Below are positions 25,765-38,160 of a DNA stretch of 64,000 nt, piece after piece; the first letter of the stretch is position 1; every line of letters begins with the position of its first letter. A model generated the notes under the pieces. It saw only the letters and a program-made list of their open reading frames with translations. It was not told the origin of the DNA and did no database searches. This stretch comes from Octopus vulgaris (lineage: Eukaryota): contig OX597816.1 in NCBI GenBank assembly GCA_951406725.2, positions 62,124,001 through 62,188,000 on the forward strand. The letters run 5' to 3'. A program made the translations under genes and the position numbers.

Positions 25765-26400
25765 CAGTGAGCTGGCATGGCATAATCGCTATCGCGCCGG
25801 TCAATGTGCTTGGCGGCATTTCGCCCGTCTTTATGTCCCGAGTTTAAAATTCCACCGAGGTCGACTTTGACTTTCATCCTTTAGGGGGTCAATGAAATAA
25901 GTACCAGTCAACCACTCGGGTGAGTGTAATCGACTTAACCCTCCCATCAAAATGTGATAGCACTGTACCACCAAAATTTGAAACCTTAAAATGGTGACAA
26001 AATGCTTAGCGGCATTTCGTCTGTCTTTATGGTCAGAGTTCAAATTCTGCTGAGATCGACTATCTCTTGCATCCTTTCGGGGTCGATAGAATAAGGTCCA
26101 GTTGAGCACTGGGGTAAATGAAATTCACCAGTCCCTCCCCCGAAATTTGAGGCCTTGTGCTTACAGTAGAAAGGATTATTTCATTGAAACAGCGGTGAGC
26201 TGGCAGGATCGCTATCACACTAAGACAAACTATTTAGCGGCATTTCGCCCGTCTTTACGTTCTGAGTTCAAATGCCGCCGAGGAAGCCCTTGACTTTTAT
26301 CCTTTCAGATTCGATGAAATAAGTACCAGTTGAGCACCGGTGTTAATTTAATCTACCTTGCCTGAAGTTCTTGGCTTGGTGACAAAATTTGAACCATTAT
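25765..26400 (+). mobile_element. three consecutive diverged SINE A-related copies
   Basis: Repeated gcggcatttcg...gagttcaaat...catcctttcggggtcgat...aagtaccagt. Confidence 0.75.
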
Positions 26401-26841
26401 TTCTTTGAATCATTGAATCTTTTTATGTTGGAGATAAAGTAGATTGTCAACGTCATATTGGAGAATATGCAACGAAAGACGTGGTGAAGAACTAAATGCC
26501 TTGCAGTATTTCTGCCACTTTTTGGAGCACACTCTAACAGAGGCACAAGTAATTTTTTTTGTTTTTTGTTCTAAAATTATAAGGAATAATTTCGAGTTTA
26601 AGTAAAGAGTTTCGAATGTTAAAAAAGTCGATTTCTCTGGAAATGAAATTTAATTTCTTAAATCAACTTCAGAATAGAAAAGGATTGAAGAAATCTGTTA
26701 TATTGTTTAATATAAACGAATAAACTGCTTGAGAATGGAAAGAAACGAAGAGATAAGGAGAAAATCAGAAAATGGATTTTCAGTAAATTTAAAACGCATA
26801 TTATACATGCGTGATAAACTTGTGGAAAGGATATAAATGGC

Positions 26842-26945
<104 letters not shown>

Positions 26946-27008
26946 GATATATATATATATATACACACAAGCACACACATGAACACACACACATACATCA
27001 TACATACA

Positions 27009-27045
<37 letters not shown>

Positions 27046-27079
27046 GTCTATCTATCTACACATACATACAATTATGCAC

Positions 27080-27340
27080 AATGGACTTCCACACATTTTC
27101 CCCTACAGAATCCATTCATAAGGCTTTATTCACTCGGAACAACACTAGTGCTCAAGGTGCTGCAAACTGTACAAGTGCTCAAGGTGCCAGGAACTACTGT
27201 AGTGCTCAAGGTGCCGTGAACTCTACTAGTGATCAAGGTGTCACGAACTATACAAATGCTCAAATTGCTGCGAAGTAGTACTGAATCCAGGCTTAAACGA
27301 TTGGCAAGCAAACTTCTCACCCACACATCTGAGCCTGCGA
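27080..27340 (-). mobile_element. diverged SINE family B 5' part containing five 27-bp tandem repeats (27148-27282)
   Basis: Flanks align with SINE B. The unit is agtgctcaaggtgc plus 13 variable nt. Confidence 0.65.
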
Positions 27341-27399
27341 CTATGAAACCCTGATCATCACGACATCTTTACAGGAACAGCCCATCATGGACTACAGGG

Positions 27400-27545
27400 C
27401 ACATTCAGTTCTATATTCAAAAGATGAGAAATTATGTAAAATTATTGCAGTATTTACACTCGACGGATATTTGTCCTAATCTTGTTTGTTGTTAAAACAA
27501 CTTTTCGGCTGATATACCCTCCAGCCTTCATCAGGTGTCTCCAGC
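27400..27545 (-). mobile_element. HHR-bearing element of the 24.2-kb family (HHR at 27494-27539)
   Basis: Minus strand GACAC-CTGATGA-A-GGCTG GAGGGTATAT CAGCC-GAAA. Flank matches 24110-24245. Confidence 0.7.
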
Positions 27546-27904
27546 CCTCATTCATCTTTTTTAGAGATGACACCCTATTCGAACCTTATGAAGAAAATCT
27601 ATGATCAAAGGCTCTTTAACCATGACTATACAATATTTTTAAGGCCTCTAGGGTCATATTATTTAGCCCTTTCCTTCTATTTTGCTTTAAGACGTTAAAT
27701 ATGGCTTAAGAGGCATTAGGATTATATTTCTTGGTTACAACATTGGCTCCTCAACTAAAATGTTTTTCCAAATAGGTCCTGCGTTTTTTGAGTGGAAGCA
27801 AATTTCCGGTTAGATGCCAATACTAATTGCTGGCAGATTTCTGAGTCTCTCTGGAATGTTAATGTTCTCTGTATAGTGAATTTCTGAATTGTTTGTAAAA
27901 CGTT

Positions 27905-27984
27905 GCAGAGAAAATGAGAGGGTGAGCGAGAGAGGGAGAGATAATGAGCGAAAGAAGAGCACATCAGAAATAGACGGAAAGAAT

Positions 27985-28021
<37 letters not shown>

Positions 28022-28393
28022 AAATGAAAGAGAGAGCGAATGAGGGAAAGAGAGAAAGAGCAAGAGAAACAGAGAGAGATAATGAGAGGCAGAGGAGTAC
28101 ATAAGAAATGAAGAAAAACAGGAGAAAGGAAGAGCGAAAGACGGAAAGAGAAAGAGAGAGAGAGAGAATGAGAGGAGCACATGAGAAATAAACGTAAAGT
28201 AGAAGTGTGTGTGTGAGAGAGAAAGAGAGAGCGAACGAGGGAAAGAGAGAAAGATAAAGAGATAGATAGATGGAAAGGTAGATGGAGAGAGAGACGGAGA
28301 AAGAGATAATGAGAGAAAGTGGAGCACATGAGAAATGAACAAAAATTAGGAGAAAGAGAGAGAGCGAACGAGGGAAAGGGAGAGAGTAAGAGA

Positions 28394-28443
<50 letters not shown>

Positions 28444-28720
28444 GAGAGGGAGGGAAGTAAGATAAGTAGTGAAAAAATAGGTTGTTGAGTTATCGTGATG
28501 AATACTTCTGGGATATTTTTGAAAGAGTAAAAGAAACCGAGTAACGAAAGGAAAAAAAAAAATAAACGAAGAAAAACCAACATTCTTTCAAAAATGAAGC
28601 AAAACAATATGGAATGAATGAATGGTAACGCAAAGAAAAGGAAAGAAGAAGCTACGAGAACGGTAGAGGGAGAGAGAAAAGACAGTGACACGAGTGGAGG
28701 AGAGTAAGAGGAGGGAGGGT
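27905..28720. repeat. polypurine (GA-rich) tract with degenerate internal repeats
   Basis: (GA)n plus recurring gagcacatgagaaat and gagcgaacgagggaaag. Confidence 0.85.
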
Positions 28721-29439
28721 ACTGCAATTATGATGGATGGTTCCATAAATGCTTTGGAGAAAGTCTCAAATTCCTTTAAGGAGCAATTCTTTTTTTTTGA
28801 AACGGGGTGGGAGTAACGAATAGCTTTCCGTTATTTGTTCTGACAAGTGGCGATAGCGTTATATCGGGGATTCTCCGTCGGTTTCGACGATGAGCATTCA
28901 CTTCCATTCAGTTGCTACCAAACGTATGAGAACGCCATAGAATCGTGTACCCTAGGCGCAATTCTCATACTGAACCACTGTGTTAAGGGAAGACCACTGA
29001 ATTACAAATACGATCCAGAGACGAAGAAAGGCGGCCTAAGAATCGATCTCAGCACTGCACTGTTTCTTATCGAATTTTTTTTTCAATCGAGCATGAAATG
29101 CTGAAAAGCTAAGTTGATAGCGACGAAATTTGAACTCGAAGACCAACCAGAGAAGCAGAGCGAATACGACAATGCGTTTTAACCGTCGCGCTGACGACCC
29201 TGCTAATTTGACACTTTCTTGGCTATGTGAAGCCATGCCTGAGTAAGAAGGTCCCATTTCAGTGAGTGTGGAAGCCGTTTCATTTTTGATAATAGCTATA
29301 GGGAACAAGAATAGAATCTGTTCTCAACCTCCAAACTGCAATACTACCTCTTCATGAATTCTTGCCAAGGTCCCAGAAGATGAAATTTCTGAGGTTTTAC
29401 AAATTTTTTCTAACGCCACTTTTATCGTAAATTCTTTCT

Positions 29440-29645
29440 AACTTTGAAACAAGGCCAGCAAGTCTGAGGTTGAGGGAGCAAGTCGCCTACATCGATCCCA
29501 GTTGTCGACAGGTACTTATTTCATATCATCTCCGAAAGGATGAAAAGTAAAATCGCCGTCGGATCTCGAACCCAGAACGTAAAACGCCGGAAGATATGCC
29601 TCAACTTTATATCGTCCGACGTGCTAACGATACTGCCAGCTCACA
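29440..29645 (-). mobile_element. diverged SINE A-related copy; another at ~29050-29210
   Basis: ggtacttatt...ccgaaaggatgaaa...cagaacgtaaa...gctaacgatactgccagctc. Confidence 0.7.
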
Positions 29646-29864
29646 ATCTTTTTTATTCTGTTAATTACAACCAAATGAGCTAGCCTCTAATTTGTACCTC
29701 CACCAGCCACCAAATATTCCCAAACCCCAACATGTCCGTTTAAAAAGGGAAGGATGCAGTTGATAACGTGACCCAAGAGAAAAGAGACGTGAAGGTCACG
29801 GCTGGAATATAGTTGACCATATGTCTGCTCAAGCAGAACTGACTTGGAGCGGAATAACAACTAT

Positions 29865-30099
29865 CTCTTTCATATTTTCTCCTTTTCTCTTCCCTTTTCC
29901 GTTCATCTTATCACTTCTCCATCTTTCACTGTATAAATCTAGCCTTTTCTTTCTCTCATCATTTCGTTCTCATCCGCTTCGTCTTTGCATCTCTTTGTTC
30001 TCTGTCTCCCATCTATTCCCATTTTTGTTTCTCGCAAAACTTCTGACTTTATATTTCTTTCAAACGCACACACTCATTTATCCTTATAACATATTTCTG

Positions 30100-30155
<56 letters not shown>

Positions 30156-30336
30156 CCTATTTTGTTCATTCTCTCCTTCTCTCTTTTTATTTCTCTCTCA
30201 CTCCTTGCCTCTCATTTACTCTCATTCTCTATCATTTTCTTCCGCATACTCTTCTTTGCATTTGTTTTCTTTCTTACCCATTCTTATATTTTACATATTT
30301 AGCTTCTCTTTCTATGTGCGCGTGTGTGTGTCTGTC

Positions 30337-30369
<33 letters not shown>

Positions 30370-30882
30370 GTCTCTCTCTCTCTCTGTCTCTCTCTCTCTC
30401 TGTCTCTCTCTCTCTCTGTCTCTCTCTCTCTCTCTCCATCTCTGTTATCGTAGACATATACACACTTACAAACACACACATACTTTGCGGATATACGTAC
30501 ATACATGCATAGATACATACATGCATAGATACATACACAAACATGCATACATACATACATACATACATATGTATACACACACATACATACAGACAGACAG
30601 ACACACATTCAAGCAGACAACAAGACAAGCAGGCATTCAGGTAAAGAGAACTTCCACTTAGTACTTGTCTCCATTTTCGATTTCCTTCATGAATTCCTCT
30701 TTCTTCTAATGTTAAGTAACTCTTTCATTCCCCTTTCCCCTTTAAGTAACAAACTCTTTTATCTCATCTTCCGCCTCTCTCTTTTCCTCTGAACTATGAA
30801 TTATCTTTCCTTGCCTCTGTGTTTCTCCACCTCACTTTTTCTCTACCTCTCACAATCTCTATTTCCTTTCCGTTTTTCCCCT

Positions 30883-30918
<36 letters not shown>

Positions 30919-30960
30919 TTCTCTCACCGTATTTTCTTCTTCCTCTCTCCCCTATCTCAA
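29865..30960. repeat. polypyrimidine (CT-rich) tracts
   Basis: Visible directly. Confidence 0.85.
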
Positions 30961-31565
30961 CAATTATTTACCGTGGAGCATAAAAAACATGAGAGGTTTA
31001 TAAAAATGTGCGTCGCTTAATCTGAGAGTAACCTCTTCTCACAAGATTTAGATAGCCCTGTGATATCACATGCCTTCCACACCTTTCTCTGACTAGGTGA
31101 TGCACATTTTCATAAACTCCGAACATGTTTGTGATGCTCAAGGGAAAAGTGTTTACATCAAATTCCTTTTAATTTTTTATTTTTTGTCTCAACCAATGAT
31201 GCGATTTTTTTAATACTGAAATGCTAATACTAATGATATATGAACTGGTCACAATTTGTGATTTCTATTAATAAATTTCTGGGAATACTATTGTTAGAAG
31301 TTTATTAGCTATTTAATACCGAACTACGGGTGCAACAGTGTATATATTTTCACTTTCCCAGTAAATTATTTCAACAAAACACTATTGATATTACATATGA
31401 AAAGCTACTGCCGAAATAGGATTAAAAACCTGATAGTATGGTCAGTAGAATGAAGAGGTACACAGTACTAAAGTATTAGAGCGTATTGTCTCTTCAAATT
31501 GAAGTATATAAACGAGGCGAGTATTCATAACTTGAATTTAACAATAGAATTGTGAAATTTGTTAT

Positions 31566-31787
31566 ATGGGGCGGAGTGCTGAAAAATTGCTGATTTTAAG
31601 GATATCAAGAAAAGCCTGGTTGGAGGCCTAGTATTCTGATATCTTTTACACGGCTTAGGAAAACTGAAGGATCGCTGCAATAAATGTCTGAATCTGAGAG
31701 GGGAATATGTTGATTAAAACCATAATTAACTAATCCACCTTTATTTTCCTTTTACTCAAGCCAGGAACTTTTCAGCACCACTTTGTA
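31566..31787 (+). mobile_element. internally deleted mariner (MITE-like)
   Basis: Imperfect TIRs gtgctgaaaaattgctg / caggaacttttcagcac. Internal LKDRCNKCLNLRGEYVD resembles the mariner C-terminus (RWxKC...GxY). Confidence 0.7.
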
Positions 31788-31828
31788 ATTATAAAACCGA
31801 ATCATCAAATTTCCAAACACACACACAC

Positions 31829-31916
<88 letters not shown>

Positions 31917-31944
31917 AGTATCAAGATCACCAGCCCTCTTCCAC

Positions 31945-32243
31945 ACGCACATACAAACATATACACAACCAGGCGCACCTTCGTTTTGGTATCACCACTA
32001 CTATATTATCTCCCCTTCTCCCAAGCTCTCTGTGTGACCCTTCTGTCCGGCATTCGCCATGATAGATCGCTAGCCACTGCACATTCTTTATTTTCTCTCT
32101 TTGTTTCTTTTTGTGTTCCTTTCTGTGGCAGAGCGTAGGCTCGAAACATTAAAGGTTTTTTTCACATCCCGAACGTTATAATAAAACATCTGTTTGTTCT
32201 CTACACCACCAGTCTTTGTCTTTTGTTTTTTTTGTGAATTCTC

Positions 32244-32250
<7 letters not shown>
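31945..32250 (+). mobile_element. PLE 3' end (pseudo-LTR) of a sister subfamily, HHR-like motif at 32118-32155, (TA)n tail
   Basis: Homologous to 37720-37997. CCTTT-CTGTGGCA-GAGC GTAG GCTC-GAAACATT-AAAGG. Confidence 0.75.
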
Positions 32251-32325
<75 letters not shown>

Positions 32326-33445
32326 AGCACCCACCATCGACCCTATCCCATCATCCACTCCTTCACCTGCACCTCCAGCAATATTATCTATTGCATCTCT
32401 TGCTCTCTCTGCAATTCCTTGTACATCGGACAAACGGGACGCCGCTTGGCTGACCGGTTCGCGGAACACCTTCGTGACATCCACCTTGCGAACGACACAC
32501 CGGTCTCACGCCATTTCCGCTCCACCGGTCACTCCTTGCAACACCTATCTGTGTTCGGTTTGTCCTTACACAGAGGCCATCCGGATTCCGTTTGCGCCGT
32601 GAACAGGAATTAATCTTCTCTCTTCGCTCTTATACGCTATTTGGTCTCAACTCTCCCCCTCCTCATCTAACCCCCCTCTCCCCCTCCTCACCTATCCTTT
32701 CCCCCCGACCCCTACTTCTTCAGTCCTTCATCCTTTCACCCCTACTCCCCTTCCCTTCTTCCCTCTTTCTCCCTCCCTCCTTCCCTCTTCCCCTTCCGTC
32801 TGCTCCCTCACTCCCCCTCTCCCTCTTTCCTCCTTCCTCCCCCCTCCTCCCCTTCCTTCTCCCCCTCCTCTCTCTTCCCCCCTCTCCTCCCCCTCTCCTC
32901 CTCCCCCCTTCTCCCCCCTCTTCTCCTCACTACACCACACGACTTCACACTTCACATCATATATGATGTGCCATACTAATACATACACCAACTAATACAT
33001 ACTAATACATACACCAACCCTATACATACACACGTCCAGACCCCTCATACGCACTTATACTTTCTCATACACACACACACACACACACATACTAATACGT
33101 ACTAATACTAATACATACTAATACATACACCAACCCCATACATACGCACGTCCACACCAATCCTACGCACTAATACTCTCTCATACACACACACACACAC
33201 ACACACACCCTTATACATACTAATACATACACCAACCCTATACATACACACGTCCAGACCCCTCCTACGCACTATTAGCTGGTCCTTCAACCATATTATC
33301 AACCCTATTATCTCCCCTTATTTCGCTCTCGCGTCTCATGTTTGATCTTTGACCTCTGGCCGAAATCAGATCGCCATGTTGATTCGTTAGCTACTGCACG
33401 CATTTTTTTTCTCTCCTTCTTTCTGTGTTTTTTTCTCTCTGTGTA

Positions 33446-33483
33446 TCTTTCTGTTGAAGAGCGTAGACTCGAAACGTTAAAGA
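33446..33483 (+). ncRNA. minimal HHR-like motif in the upstream pseudo-LTR
   Basis: TCTTT-CTGTTGA-A-GAGC GTAG ACTC-GAAAC-GTT-AAAGA. Confidence 0.6.
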
Positions 33484-34214
33484 CTTGTTTTATTTATATT
33501 TCCTGAGCGCCATAGTAATACAATTGTTCGTTTGTTTTCCACCTGCCTTCGTCTTTTGTCTTTTCATAAAGCTTCCCGTTATATATTATGCGCTCACGTG
33601 GTCTCACTTTCATCCTATATTCTACCAATACCACTATCAACACTTACCTCTACCTTGGATTTTCTTTACCTCTTGGATACTTACCATTGGCTGCACCTCT
33701 CTTTCGCGGATCAAAGTGACTTTGCATTGATGTGAAATCCTTAAAAAATATACCACGACGTCTACACATTTCTCACCTTGAACTTTCAACCTTGAACTTG
33801 TTCGCATAAACTGTCCCGTTTGTTGTATTTTTATTTTCTCTTATATTACCACTTTTTTTACATTCATTTCATGCTTTCCACATTTTCCTGCATTTTTGTT
33901 CTCCTTTCTGTCTTTCTTCCCTCTCTGGATGTCCATACTCCGTTTCCTCTGCCTGCACCCCCCTTTTTTTGCCTCCCCCTCTCTCTGCTTCCCTTCTTTC
34001 TTTCCCTTTTCCGTTTGCCCCGTCTTTTCTGCCCCTATCACTTACTTATCTAGTTTTTTCATACGATCATTATTTTTTGTTTTTTTGAACGTTTGTTATT
34101 TCCCTTTTTTTCTATTTTTTTCATACGATAATTTTTGTTTTTTGTTTTGTTTTTTGTTTTGTTTTTTTGTTTTGTTTTGTTTTTTCGAACGTTTTTTTTC
34201 CCCGCTATCCCATC

Positions 34215-37200
34215 ATGCCGGATCCTAGGTCCTACCTCCTCACCCTCCATCACCGTTTGAAGGATCATCTCCGTTCACTTCCTGTATATTGCCTTCAGCC
34301 GTCCGTTAATCTCTCTCTACTTCTTTTTAAAAAAACCCGCTTCTCTAGCCATGTCTCTTTCCTAAGCCGCTGCCTACATCACCGACTCATCCCTAAAGGT
34401 TTCCGCCTCCACTTCCACCCTGCTCTCCACTCGGATTCTTCCATCTTACCCATACTCCGCACCACATCTTACCGCCTTATGCGGGCCACCATTCGCTCCA
34501 ATCTCTGCAAACTACATGCCATCAACCGCCTTCTTCCTCCTGCTTTCTCCACCTTCTTCTCCTCTCTGCCGCCTCTCTATGCTCCAAACACGCTACGCTT
34601 CATTATCCATTTGAATCAACTCTTCCATCAATTTCTTTCTGATACCAAACTTCGTAAACTCCAATCACTCTTCCATTCCACCCTACCCGACGCCACTACC
34701 CCAACACCTCCACCACCCTTCTCCCCTCCCGATAGGCTCCATCCACCCACACCTAACCCCACTGCCCCTCCCTACAACCCCTTCTCCCCTCCCGATAGGC
34801 TCCATCCACCTACACCTAACCCTACTGCCCCGCCCAACCACACCCCTCAGACCTCCACGAGACCTACCACCCCTCCTACTTCTATTCCACCCACCCCTTC
34901 TCCACTTCCGTCTGTTGTTACCATTCCCCCCGATCTTCCCCTCTATGCGGCTGAACGCTCCGTCCTTGGTAGGGGTCTGCGTTTCACCCCCCTCACTCCA
35001 TCCTGTAAGGAATTCCAGACGCGAGTTGATGTCCACAGCTTTGTGCGCCGTGTCCGGTTGGGTGCGCATTACCACGACTCGCCACCCACACCCAACGAAG
35101 AGGACTGCTTCACTGGCCTGGGCCGCCGACCATCCCCGTGGACGCCTGCCCCTGGCCAGATCCTAGCAGTGGATCTTTTCGCGGGCGCTTGTCAGCGTGC
35201 ATTGGAGCGGTTCAACTTCTCCAGGCGCCAACGCCGCCTCAACATCTCCCCGGCTGAGCTCTTGGCTCTCCGTTCCCTCCAACGGCGCGCTGACATTATC
35301 ATCAAACCGGCTGACAAGGGTGGAGCTGTAGTGGTGTGGCGCGCGGACCTCTATAGGGCCGAGGCTTTCCGCCAACTCAATGACACCTCCTTCTATTCCC
35401 CTCTGCCCTCTAACCCCACACGTAGCTACCAACAGACGGTATCCTCTACTGTCCGCGACCTCATCTCGTCCTCCCGTCTCCCCCGCACCGCATCCAACCT
35501 AATTGTGCGAACCCCACGTACCCCCACCATTTACTTCCTCCCCAAAATCCACAAACCCAACAACCCTGGCCGCCCCATCGTCTCCGCCTGTAACTGCCCC
35601 ACGGAGCTCATCTCTAAATACCTCGACCGTGTCCTTGCCCCCTAGTGGCATCTCTTCCCTCCCACATCCACGATACCAACCATGCTCTCCGGCTTTTCAA
35701 CTCTTTCTCCTTTCCTCCCGGCTCCTCCAAAATCCTTTTTACTATGGACATCCAAAGCCTCTATACTGTTATCCCTCACCACGAAGGACTGCAGGCCCTT
35801 CGACACTTTCTTGACCTCCGCTCTAACCCTGTACCTGACACCTCCACACTCATTCGTCTGGCCGAACTTGTCCTTACTCTGAACTGCTTCTCGTTCGCGG
35901 GCGAGTTCTACCATCAGGTCTCGGGAGTGGCCATGGGAACGCGAATGGGCCCCAACTATGCGAACCTGTTCGTTGGCTATGTTGAGGCCCAAATATTCTC
36001 TAATTTCACTGGTCCCACTCCCGAACTATATGGTCGTTACATCGACGACATTATCGGTGCCACCTCACTCTCCCGCGAACATCTAGATTCCTTCCTCTCT
36101 TTCGTCCAATCTTTCCATCCAGCCCTCCACTTCACTTCCACTATCTCCAACACCTCTGTCTCCTTTCTCGACATTTCGGTTAGCATTCTTCACTCCACTC
36201 TTACCACCTCCATTCACTACAAACACACAGACTCACACTCATACCTCAACTTCTCTTCCTCCCACCCAGAACACACCAAGCTTTCCATCCCCTATTCCCA
36301 ATTCCTCCGTCTACGTAGGCTCTGTAGTGACGACCATGACTTTGAGACTCAGTCTCAACGTATGGCTCACCACTTCACCCTACGTGGATACCCCCTCACC
36401 ACTATCCACACCGCCCTTGCCAGAGCACGGTCCGTGGACCGTGTATCTGCTCTCTCTCCCCGAACCCGCCCTGTAGTCTCCCGCCTCCCTTTTCCCCTCA
36501 CTTACCACCCCACGACCCTACGTCTCCAACGCACCATTCTTCGAGCTTTCCGTCATCTCCAGTCCGACCCGTCCACTTCACACCTCTTCCCTAACCGACC
36601 CCTCCCCTCTTTCAAACGAGCCCACAACCTTCGAGACCTTTTGGTCCATAGCTCCTTCCCTGACCCTACCTCCCAACCCGGCTCGTTCCCCTGCTCCCGC
36701 CCACGTTGCCGCACTTGCCCTTACCTCTCCAACACCACCCGCCTCACTAGCACCCACCATCGACCCTATCCCATCATCCACTCCTTCACCTGCACCTCCA
36801 GCAATATTATCTATTGCATCTCTTGCTCTCTCTGCAATTCCTTGTACATCGGACAAACGGGACGCCGCTTGGCTGACCGGTTCGCGGAACACCTTCGTAA
36901 CATCCACCTTGCGAACGACACACCGGTCTCACGCCATTTCCGCTCCACCGGTCACTCCTTGCAACACCTATCTGTGTTCGGTTTGTCCTTACACAGAGGC
37001 CATCCGGATTCCCGTTTGCGCCGTGAACAGGAATTAATCTTCTCTCTTCGCTCTTATACGCCATTTGGTTTCAACTCTCCCCCCTCCTCATCTAACCCCC
37101 CTCTCCCCCTCCTCACCTATCCTTTCCCCCCGACCCCTACTTCTTCAGTCCTTCATCCTTTCACCCCTACTCCCCTTCCCTTCTTCCCTCTTTCTCCCTC

Positions 37201-37402
37201 CCTCCTTCCCTCTTCCCCTTCCGTCTGCTCCCTCACTCCCCCTCTCCCTCTTTCCTCCTTCCTCCCCCCTCCTCCCCTTCCTTCTCCCCCTCCTCTCTCT
37301 TCCCTCCTCTCCTCCCATCCTCTCCTCCCCTCTCCTCCTCCCCCTTCTCCCCCCTCTTCTCCTCACTACACCACACGACTTCACACATCACATCATATAT
37401 GA
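34215..37402 (+). CDS. PLE polyprotein (N-terminal domain, RT, Cys linker, GIY-YIG) split by a 1-bp deletion at ~35638-35642
   Basis: IIKPADKGGAVVV, LPKIHK..PGRPIVS, FTMDIQSLYT, GVAMGTRMGPNYANLF, RYIDD, FLD, CSRPRCRTC, NIIYCISC..LYIGQTGRRLADRFAEH. Adding one C to GCCCCCTAG gives VLAPLVASLPS in frame. Confidence 0.92.
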
Positions 37403-37861
37403 TGTGCCATACTAATACATACACCAACTAATACATACACACGTCCAGACCCCTCATACGCACTTATACTCTCTCATACACACACACACACACTTATACA
37501 TACTAATACGTACTAATACATACTAATACATACTAATACATACACCAACCCCATACATACGCACGTCCACACCAATCCTACGCACTAATACTCTCTCATA
37601 CACACACCCACACACACACACACACCCTTATACATACTAATACATACACCAACCCTATACATACACACGTCCAGACCCCTCCTACGCACTATTAGCTGGT
37701 CCTTCAACCATATTATCAACCCTATTCTCTCCCCTTATTTCGCTCTCGCGTCTCATGTTTGATCTTTGACCTCTGGCCGAAATCAGATCGCCATATTGAT
37801 TCGTTAGCTACTGCACGCATTTTTTTCTCTCCTTCTTTCTGTTTTTTTTTCTCTCTGTGTA

Positions 37862-37899
37862 TCTTTCTGTTGAAGAGCGTAGGCTCGAAACGTTAAAGA
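37862..37899 (+). ncRNA. minimal HHR-like motif in the downstream pseudo-LTR
   Basis: TCTTT-CTGTTGA-A-GAGC GTAG GCTC-GAAAC-GTT-AAAGA. Confidence 0.65.
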
Positions 37900-37997
37900 C
37901 TTGTTTTATTTATATTTCCTGAGCGCCTTACTAATACAATTGTTCGTTTGTTTTCCACCTGCCTTCGTCTTTTGTCTATTTTCATAAAGCTTCCCGT

Positions 37998-38055
<58 letters not shown>

Positions 38056-38056
38056 C

Positions 38057-38087
<31 letters not shown>

Positions 38088-38098
38088 CATATACATAC

Positions 38099-38160
<62 letters not shown>

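Larger units (their letters stand above)
32324..38000 (+). mobile_element. near full-length Penelope-like retroelement (Neptune-type) with tandem pseudo-LTRs, inserted in (TA)n
   Basis: 32324-33585 is a direct repeat of 36748-38000. RT and GIY-YIG coding region lies between. (TA)n on both sides. Confidence 0.95.

Noticed and set aside
27148-27282. CRISPR-like repeat-spacer appearance
   Set aside because: Eukaryotic context, 14-bp repeat with 13-bp related spacers, no cas genes, and derived from SINE sequence.
35640-35650. Stop-codon readthrough or selenocysteine recoding in the PLE ORF
   Set aside because: The stop is TAG and the downstream ORF is in a different frame. A 1-bp indel explains it.
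34683-37427. Gly/Glu/Arg-rich minus-strand ORFs over the PLE
   Set aside because: They are shadow frames of the C/T-rich sense strand.
32324-38000. LTR retrotransposon interpretation of the 1.25-kb direct repeats
   Set aside because: No gag, protease or integrase, and no TG..CA ends. The repeat includes GIY-YIG coding sequence, which is typical of PLE pseudo-LTRs.
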